In this document: positions 58,097-64,000 of the stretch, piece after piece | How the letters are laid out: every line of letters starts with the position of its first letter | Position numbering within the stretch: the stretch's first letter is position 1 | NCBI GenBank assembly: GCA_017880775.1 | Contig: JADGRQ010000019.1 | Span: 3,133-67,132 of the forward strand | DNA: 64,000 nt | Reading direction: 5' to 3' | From: Burkholderiales bacterium | Lineage (GTDB): Bacteria > Pseudomonadota > Gammaproteobacteria > Burkholderiales > SG8-39 | Made by a program: the position numbers and the translations under genes | Notes under the pieces: model-generated | Database searches by the model: none | Told to the model about the DNA's origin: nothing | What the model saw: only the letters and a program-made list of their open reading frames with translations

Positions 58097-58366
58097 ATGG
58101 CTAGGGGTGGTTTCCGGGCGGGCGCGGGGCGTCCAAAGCGCAAATCAAACCCTGCGCCTACCGCGCCTGTAAGCGTCCCTGACATGCCCGCGACGGCGCA
58201 TGCACCCGAGACATTGATCGGGAAACTGGTGAAGGCGATCACGCCCGAGCCGAAACCTTTTCGGATACTGGTGCGCACTGCGGACGGTTTCGAGTCTCGG
58301 CCCGTGACCGCTGAGGAAGCGATCGCCTATTGCAACGGCTCGCACACCTGGCGGCGCATCGGCTGA
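58097..58366 (+). CDS. Short terminase-small-subunit-like DNA-binding protein
   Basis: MARGGFRAGAGRPKRK N-terminus typical of TerS; position after HNH and the cos-like region; RBS ggagg. Confidence 0.55.
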   Translation: MARGGFRAGAGRPKRKSNPAPTAPVSVPDMPATAHAPETLIGKLVKAITPEPKPFRILVRTADGFESRPVTAEEAIAYCNGSHTWRRIG

Positions 58367-58369
58367 CTG

Positions 58370-58711
58370 ATGCGACTGAATGACCCATTCAACCGCACGC
58401 GCCTGCCGGCGACTTTCGACCGCGCGGGCAGGGTGCGGCTGCTCGGCGAAGCAGCGAAGGCGCTGCTCCGGGGCAAGTTGCCCGAACTCGACGCGGCGTT
58501 GTGGCTGGGCGGCGCCCTCGCTGGGTGGTTGGCAAACGGCGGCGATCTCGAGCGCGACTACTTGGAGGTGACCGCAAAGGCAGGTAGCCACCATACGCCC
58601 GCTGCGCTCTGGCGGAACCTGCAGGAAAAGCCCTCCTCGCGAGGAACGACAGACGCCGAAGGCGCCGATACGATCGACCCGTCATCATCTAAAAGCGAGT
58701 CGAAAAAATGA
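58370..58711 (+). CDS. Hypothetical protein
   Basis: ORF tightly packed in the operon, ATGA-coupled to the capsid gene. Confidence 0.55.
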   Translation: MRLNDPFNRTRLPATFDRAGRVRLLGEAAKALLRGKLPELDAALWLGGALAGWLANGGDLERDYLEVTAKAGSHHTPAALWRNLQEKPSSRGTTDAEGADTIDPSSSKSESKK

Positions 58712-59763
58712 GCTTCCCCACTGGCAGCACGTTCGTTCGCACCGTCAAGGCTCTCGGCGTAGCGCGGGGCGATGCCGTCGGCGCGATGGCCTACGCGAGC
58801 AGCCAGAACTGGGGCAACGCGCACGAGATTGTCGCGTCGATTAAGGCCGCAGTGACAGCGGAGCGGACAAGCGATTATTTGCTCCCGACGCCGGCTCAGT
58901 CCGATTTCGCGGCATTCATTAGGCCGCAAACAATTCTCGGCAAGTTGATCGGATTACGGCGCGTGCCTTCGCGGGTGCGAGTGATCGCGGCGACGTCGGG
59001 CAGTACCGCTTTTTGGAGTGGCGAAGCAGCGCCTCGGCCGATGAGCCGCATGACGTTCTCAGGTAGCACGCTCGAGCCGCTGAGCATTGTTGCCATGTTG
59101 GTAACGACCGCCGAGTTGCTCCGTTCATCCTCGCCATCGGCGGAAAGCATCTTGAGCAGGGACCTTGCGGCCGCAGCGGTGCAGGCCGCGGACGAAACGT
59201 TCATCGATCCGGCAAACGCAGGGATTGCCGGCGTGAAGCCCGCTGCGATTACCAACGGCGTCACCGCGATTCACTCCGCAGGAAGTACGCTCGCCAATCT
59301 CGACAGCGACCTCGCGCTGCTGATCGAGGCACTGAGCGATGCTGGCTCCGATCTTAGCTTCGCAACGTTCGTGATGCGCCCCCGCACGGCGCTGTGGCTG
59401 AGCGGCTTGCGGGGCTCTGGCGGCACGCTTGCCTACCCGGGCATGGGTGTCAAGGGCGGCACGCTGCTCGGGCTGCCCGCGATTGTGAGCGCAGCCGTGC
59501 CTTCGAGTGTCGGATCGCCTGCCGAGGGCGGGAACATAACGTTGCTGGATCCGTCGCAGGTCGAGTACCTCGACGAAGGCGCTGGAGCGATCGAGGTTAG
59601 CGAACACGGCTCAGTGCAAATGTCGGACGTGCCCGGTAGCGGCGCTACGACACTTACGTCGCTTTGGCAAACGGACTCTGCTTGTTTGAAAACGACCCGT
59701 TACCTTGGGTGGCAAGCCGTCCGCTCTGGCATGGCGCAGTTGGTCGATCAGGTCGCGTACTAG
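58708..59763 (+). CDS. Major capsid protein (HK97 fold) without protease domain
   Basis: FIRPQTILGKL..LRRVP, AFWSGEAAPRP, TAELLRSSSPSAE, FIDPA..PAAITNG, GTLLGLPAIVS and SLWQTD motifs. Confidence 0.88.
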   Translation: MSFPTGSTFVRTVKALGVARGDAVGAMAYASSQNWGNAHEIVASIKAAVTAERTSDYLLPTPAQSDFAAFIRPQTILGKLIGLRRVPSRVRVIAATSGSTAFWSGEAAPRPMSRMTFSGSTLEPLSIVAMLVTTAELLRSSSPSAESILSRDLAAAAVQAADETFIDPANAGIAGVKPAAITNGVTAIHSAGSTLANLDSDLALLIEALSDAGSDLSFATFVMRPRTALWLSGLRGSGGTLAYPGMGVKGGTLLGLPAIVSAAVPSSVGSPAEGGNITLLDPSQVEYLDEGAGAIEVSEHGSVQMSDVPGSGATTLTSLWQTDSACLKTTRYLGWQAVRSGMAQLVDQVAY

Positions 59764-59778
59764 ATCGGAGCAACGGAG

Positions 59779-60480
59779 ATGCAGCGCGACACGCCAGAAA
59801 TCCAAGCATTGAACGCGGAGTTCAACGCCCCCGGATCCACAATGCACGTGGTCGAATACGGAGCGCGCATGGCAGAGCTCCGGGCGCGTGCGTCGGTTGG
59901 GTCTGTGTCGGACAAGGGAATATTCATAACGATCGAGGGTTTCAAAGGCTGGGTCGCAAAAGTCCCGCACGTCATGATCGACGCGATAACGAAGATGCTG
60001 GAGCCGGCGCACGCGCGGCTCGCCGAATTTGATGCACGGCTGCGGGGTGTCGATAGTTTTACCGCGGCGCTGAGCAGGCTTGAGCGCGCCTTGGACGCGC
60101 CTGTGATCCCGCAATACGACGCCACCGGAAAATTGATCGGTGTCCGTAGAAACATCGCCGATCCCCCTCCGCGCACGAGCGGCGGCGGCGCTAACACGGC
60201 GCTCGCGGACGCAGTGGAGCACCTTGAGGAAATGATCGCGGCGGATGTAGTGCCGATCTTCGAAGGCGGCAAAATCGTCGGCGCCAAGCGAGTAGGCGCG
60301 CGCAGCGGTGCGCTCGTTGAAGCGGTCAATGCGCTCGCGCGCAAGCTCGAAGAGCCTGTGCACCAGATCTTCGACTCGAAAGGGCGAGTGACCGGCGCGC
60401 AGCGCACAGCAACGCTCGACGGCGGCGGCGTTGCGGCGTTGGAGGCGCGCATCGCCGCGCTCGAACAGCGGTTTCTATAA
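59779..60480 (+). CDS. Hypothetical coiled-coil protein with three internal repeats
   Basis: PQYDATGKLIGVRR / PIFEGGKIVGAKR / QIFDSKGRVTGAQR; RBS ggag. Confidence 0.65.
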   Translation: MQRDTPEIQALNAEFNAPGSTMHVVEYGARMAELRARASVGSVSDKGIFITIEGFKGWVAKVPHVMIDAITKMLEPAHARLAEFDARLRGVDSFTAALSRLERALDAPVIPQYDATGKLIGVRRNIADPPPRTSGGGANTALADAVEHLEEMIAADVVPIFEGGKIVGAKRVGARSGALVEAVNALARKLEEPVHQIFDSKGRVTGAQRTATLDGGGVAALEARIAALEQRFL

Positions 60481-60484
60481 ATTG

Positions 60485-60760
60485 ATGCGCAAGATTTCTG
60501 CGCTCGACGTGTCCGCTGAACCGACGTCACATCCAGCGGGCTCGCCGCTCGCGGCGCTGGAGGCGCGAATCGCCGCGCTTGAACAGAGGCCGCCGCAGCT
60601 TACTTACACCGGAATTTGGGACGGATCCATCGAGTACAGCCCGGGCCAAGTGGTGACGCATTCGGGGTCGATGTTCTATTGCTGGGCATTGACCCGCAGC
60701 AAGCCAGGCGAATCCAACAGCTGGCAATTGTGTGTCAAGCGTGGACGGGACGCACGATGA
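60485..60760 (+). CDS. Phage head-module small beta-domain protein
   Basis: YTGIW...YSPGQVVTHSGSMFYC...KPG...WQLCVKRGRD resembles the C-terminal domain of a portal-adjacent protein of lambdoid cos phages (from recall). Confidence 0.6.
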   Translation: MRKISALDVSAEPTSHPAGSPLAALEARIAALEQRPPQLTYTGIWDGSIEYSPGQVVTHSGSMFYCWALTRSKPGESNSWQLCVKRGRDAR

Positions 60761-61002
60761 AAAAACCCGATCGCATCATCGCCCAGGTTGCGGACCCCGA
60801 TCTGCCCGCACCTGTTCGCGAGATCGTTGCCGGGCGGCATCGCGTAACGATTTCCGGGCCCTACACCGAAAGCCACGTCAAAGCGTATCGCAAGCTCCTC
60901 GATTCGGTGGAGTTGCAGCAGCAAGAGACACTTCGCCGCGCGCGCGAGATCGCCGAGCAGCTCGCGTTTCTCGCTCCGCGCAATGGCGAAACCCTTCACT
61001 GA
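60757..61002 (+). CDS. Hypothetical protein
   Basis: ATGA-coupled ORF directly before the tape measure gene. Confidence 0.5.
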   Translation: MKKPDRIIAQVADPDLPAPVREIVAGRHRVTISGPYTESHVKAYRKLLDSVELQQQETLRRAREIAEQLAFLAPRNGETLH

Positions 61003-61021
61003 TAAGCAAGGAGCCTAGACC

Positions 61022-63256
61022 ATGCCAGTCTTGCAAATCGACATAGAGTCGCGCTGGGCAAAATTTCAAGATTCACTCGATCTTATGGAGCGCAGCACCA
61101 GGCGCACCGCGAATCAGTTGTCGAGCGCGTTCGATGGCGTCAAGACTGCTCTCGCTGCGATTGGCGTCACGGTCGGCGCTGGCATGTTCGTCGGGATGGT
61201 CAAAGGTTCGATCGACGCGGCCGACCAGCTTGACCGATTGACGAAGTCCACCGCTCTCACCGTCGAGGAACTCGCTGGCCTGAAGCTGCTGGCCGCGGAA
61301 AGCGGTACGGACCTGGACGGGATCGCCAAAGGCATCGACAAGATGTCGGTCGCGATGGGGAAAGACCCTGAAAAATTCAAGGCACTCGGCATCACCGCGA
61401 AGGACAACAAAGAGGCGTTCAAGCAGTTCGCCGATATTTTCAATCTCCTGCCGGACATCCAGCAGCGCAATGCGCTCTCGCAGGCGGTGTTTAACAAGAG
61501 TTGGGCCGAAATTGCGCCGATCTTGGCGTTGGGCGGGAAAGCCATCGGCGAGATCATGGACAAGGGCGTTGCGTTATCCGGAGCTACCAAGGAAATGTCG
61601 GACCAGGCGCACGCGTTCATGGTGCAGATGGCCGAACTGGAAACGACTCTCGGAGCAACGAAGACAAAGCTCGTCGGAGATATGCTGCCCGGCATGAACG
61701 ACATCGCGACCGCGATGCGCGAGGCAGCGAAAGAGGGCGGATTGCTGACGACGGTGTGGGTGGGTTTGGGCGGGGTGATGGCGAACCTGCTCGGGCAGAC
61801 CGATGCGCAGAAACTAAAGGCGCAACTTCAGGGCATCAACGATCAACTCGACGCAGCGCGCCTGCGGTTGCAGTCCGGGACGACGAACCCGGAAGGATCG
61901 AACAAGAGCTTCTTTTCGTTCCTCGTGCCGGACATCAAGGTAAGCGATGCTGCGCTTGCGAAGCTGCACGCCTACATCGACGCTCTGGAAAAAGAGAAGG
62001 CGCGCTTGACTCCGGCGGAGAAGGCGGTAGCTCCGGCCGCGGATCCTGCAGCGCAAGCGGCAGCTTCAGCGCTGGCCGCGGCGTTCCTGAAACCTCCCAA
62101 GGTCGTTTCGGACGCGATGACGCTATTCGAGCGCACGATGCAGTCGCTCACGAAGGAATACGCCAACCTCACCCACGAGGGCAAGCTTTCAACCATCATG
62201 TGGGAGGAGGAAAACGGCAGCCTGCAAAAACTTACCCCGAAAGAGCGCGAGCAGGTTGAGGCATTGGCCAAGAAGTTCGACGCCTACAAGCGCGACGTGG
62301 ACATGCGCAAGATGGTTGTGGTTGGGATCGAGGCGCAGGTCAAGGCGCAGGATGAGGCGACGAAGGTCGCTACCGACTACCAGCAGGCCAACAAGGCCGC
62401 GATCGACGACCTGGTGTTTCAGGGGACGCTGTTCGGCAAGACCGCGAACGAACAGGAACTGCTCACCGCCGCCAGGAAAATCGACCTCGACGCCAGACGA
62501 GAGGCGGCGGCGCTGCCCATGGACACCGAAGGCAACATGCTGCCCGGCGGAGCAGGCGCGCTGGAAAAAATCCGCAGTTCGGCGGACAAGACGAAAGCGG
62601 TCTACGCGGAGATGATCGCAGACCGCCAGAAGCTCGACCGCGAATGGGCCACCGGCGCCAACGCGGCATTCATGGACTACATCGACCACGCGACCAACGC
62701 GGCCGAGCAGGCGAAGAACTTCTTCACCGACGCATTCAAGGGGGCCGAGGATGCGCTGACCAACTTCGTCACGACGGGGAAGCTCGATTTCAAGAGCCTG
62801 GCCGATTCGGTCATCTCGAACTTGGTCCGCATCCAGATTCAGGAAAGCATCACCGGGCCGATAGCTAAAGCGATGAAGGACTCCGGCGGGGCGTCTGGTT
62901 TGATCCGCAAACTATTGGGAATAGGCGACGGTGGCATGACTCCCGCCGATGCCTTCGCGGGCGGCGTGATCCCGATGGCGGCCGGCGGGGACTTCATGGT
63001 ATCCAGACCGACGCTGTTTCTCGCTGGCGAGGCGGGGCTGGAGCGCGCCACGTTCAGCGGGGCGAATGGCGCAGGCGGCGGAGCGCCCAACGTCGCGATC
63101 AACGTCAACAATCAGGGCGCCCCTGTCCAGTTGACGCCACAAGGCGCGCCGAAGTGGGACGGGCAGCAGTGGGTGATCGATGTGGTGCTCAACCGGCTGC
63201 ATACCGACGCCGGGATGCGTGATTCGATGCGCGGGGCGCTGGGAGCGCCTGCCTGA
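61022..63256 (+). CDS. Phage tail tape measure protein (lambda-like C-terminal domain)
   Basis: 744 aa, Ala-rich and helical; WATGANAAFMDYIDHATNAAEQ...AFKGAEDALTNFVTTGKLDFKSLADSVISNLVRI and AAGG...GEAGLE motifs; RBS aaggag. Confidence 0.88.
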   Translation: MPVLQIDIESRWAKFQDSLDLMERSTRRTANQLSSAFDGVKTALAAIGVTVGAGMFVGMVKGSIDAADQLDRLTKSTALTVEELAGLKLLAAESGTDLDGIAKGIDKMSVAMGKDPEKFKALGITAKDNKEAFKQFADIFNLLPDIQQRNALSQAVFNKSWAEIAPILALGGKAIGEIMDKGVALSGATKEMSDQAHAFMVQMAELETTLGATKTKLVGDMLPGMNDIATAMREAAKEGGLLTTVWVGLGGVMANLLGQTDAQKLKAQLQGINDQLDAARLRLQSGTTNPEGSNKSFFSFLVPDIKVSDAALAKLHAYIDALEKEKARLTPAEKAVAPAADPAAQAAASALAAAFLKPPKVVSDAMTLFERTMQSLTKEYANLTHEGKLSTIMWEEENGSLQKLTPKEREQVEALAKKFDAYKRDVDMRKMVVVGIEAQVKAQDEATKVATDYQQANKAAIDDLVFQGTLFGKTANEQELLTAARKIDLDARREAAALPMDTEGNMLPGGAGALEKIRSSADKTKAVYAEMIADRQKLDREWATGANAAFMDYIDHATNAAEQAKNFFTDAFKGAEDALTNFVTTGKLDFKSLADSVISNLVRIQIQESITGPIAKAMKDSGGASGLIRKLLGIGDGGMTPADAFAGGVIPMAAGGDFMVSRPTLFLAGEAGLERATFSGANGAGGGAPNVAINVNNQGAPVQLTPQGAPKWDGQQWVIDVVLNRLHTDAGMRDSMRGALGAPA

Positions 63257-63280
63257 TGGCGACCTAACTAAGCGTCTGCG

Positions 63281-63333
63281 GTTACGTACTTGTTTCGTAC
63301 TCGCGACCGGGAGGCTGCTCTAAGTCTTTGTTT
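63281..63333 (+). promoter_or_regulatory. Candidate arm-type sites (right) and IHF-like site
   Basis: gttacgtactt gtttcgtactc (63281-63302); taagtctttgttt (63321-63333) resembles the reverse IHF consensus YAANNNNTTGATW. Confidence 0.55.
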
Positions 63334-63335
63334 TT

Positions 63336-63410
63336 TGGTGGGTGCGGAGAGGGTCGAACTCCCGACATCTGCCTTGTAAGGGCAGCGCTCTACCACTGAG
63401 CTACGCACCC
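63336..63410 (-). tRNA. tRNA-Val(TAC), intact; integration target
   Basis: 75-nt cloverleaf GGGTGCGTAGCTCAGTGGTAGAGCGCTGCCCTTACAAGGCAG...GTTCGACCC...CACCA. Confidence 0.96.
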
Positions 63411-63423
63411 TCCGCGAAACCAT

Positions 63424-63696
63424 TCAGTTTAGCCCATCCTTGAACGCTTTTCCAGCACGGAACTTCGGTACGTGCGCAGCCTTGATCCTGATTTCGGCGC
63501 CGGTGCGCGGATTGCGCGCGTCGCGCGCAGCGCGCTTGCCGACGTAGAACGTGCCGAACCCCACCAGGGTCACGTTATCGCCTTTGCGCAGGCTCGTCTT
63601 GATCGCGCCGACCATCGCATCGACCGCGCGCTCCGCCGCCGATTTGGAGATTTCAGCGGCCTGCGCGATCTGCTCGATCAAGTCCGACTTGTTCAC
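63424..63696 (-). CDS. hupB: DNA-binding protein HU
   Basis: [23 protein letters not shown] and PKFRAGK motifs. Confidence 0.95.
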   Translation of the reverse strand: MNKSDLIEQIAQAAEISKSAAERAVDAMVGAIKTSLRKGDNVTLVGFGTFYVGKRAARDARNPRTGAEIRIKAAHVPKFRAGKAFKDGLN

Positions 63697-63704
63697 CCGG
63701 CCCC

Positions 63705-64000
63705 CTAATGTGTCGTCAGGGCGGAGCCGGGCTTGTCGTCACCCGGCGCGATCGGCGCTACCGCGACCGGCTCAGGCAGAGGCTCCGGCCGCCGCTCGAG
63801 CGCGCGTTCGAATACCTGGTCGATCCACCTCACCGGGATGATCTCGAGGCGGTTCTTGACGTTGTCCGGAATCTCCGCGAGGTCCTTCGCGTTTTCCTCC
63901 GGAATCATCACCGTCTTGATCCCGCCACGCACCGCCGCAAGCAGCTTCTCCTTCAGCCCGCCGATCGGCAGCACTTCGCCGCGCAGCGTAATTTCGCCGG
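63705..64000 (-). CDS. lon: Lon protease, 3' end (partial)
   Basis: [22 protein letters not shown]...IPEEN..DL.EIP. Confidence 0.93.
   Translation of the reverse strand, partial: GEITLRGEVLPIGGLKEKLLAAVRGGIKTVMIPEENAKDLAEIPDNVKNRLEIIPVRWIDQVFERALERRPEPLPEPVAVAPIAPGDDKPGSALTTH

Larger units (their letters stand above)
53074..63383. mobile_element. Integrated ~10.3 kb phage satellite-like element (PICI-like) in tRNA-Val(TAC)
   Basis: 48-bp direct repeats, integrase next to one att, and unidirectional phage-type genes. No portal, TerL, lysis or tail tube genes recognised. Confidence 0.9.

Noticed and set aside
60431-61021. Tail assembly chaperone G/GT programmed -1 frameshift before the TMP gene
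   Set aside because: No XXXYYYZ slippery heptamer was seen at the ORF junctions, and the overlap at 60431-60480 is in the +1 frame.
53074-63383. Complete prophage, gene transfer agent or tailocin
   Set aside because: Too small, and no portal, TerL, tail tube/tip/baseplate or lysis genes were recognised. A heavily deleted prophage is not fully excluded.

Overview
GC-rich bacterial chromosomal segment, most likely Betaproteobacteria (several Bug/TctC solute receptors; conserved dnaQ-rnhA-gloB-mltD-yejABEF-fabI and ppiD-tRNA-Asp-tRNA-Val-hupB-lon synteny). (1) 1.1-8.1 kb is an extended chromate-resistance-type cluster (chrA, chrB, SOD-rhodanese and rhodanese-ChrB_C fusions, two secreted accessory proteins). 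Three of its genes are each preceded by a copy of the same ~80-nt structured leader, a riboswitch-like element probably related to the chrB RNA motifs. (2) 8-28 kb holds organic-acid/acyl-CoA catabolic and transport genes, two paralogous signal-peptide-bearing methyltransferases and several gene scars. (3) 28.0-33.4 kb is an integrase-less islet bounded by a duplicated dnaQ 3' end. (4) 33-53 kb is core genome with two peptide ABC systems. (5) 53074-63383 is a ~10.3 kb phage-satellite-like element integrated in tRNA-Val(TAC) between 48-bp direct repeats. It carries a frameshifted tyrosine integrase, an AlpA-like gene, an iteron-containing replication gene, HNH, a cos-like repeat region, a TerS-like gene, a stand-alone HK97-type capsid protein and, unusually, a full-length tail tape measure protein. 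No portal, large terminase, protease, other tail genes or lysis genes were recognised. All family calls are by eye from motifs; no database searches were run.
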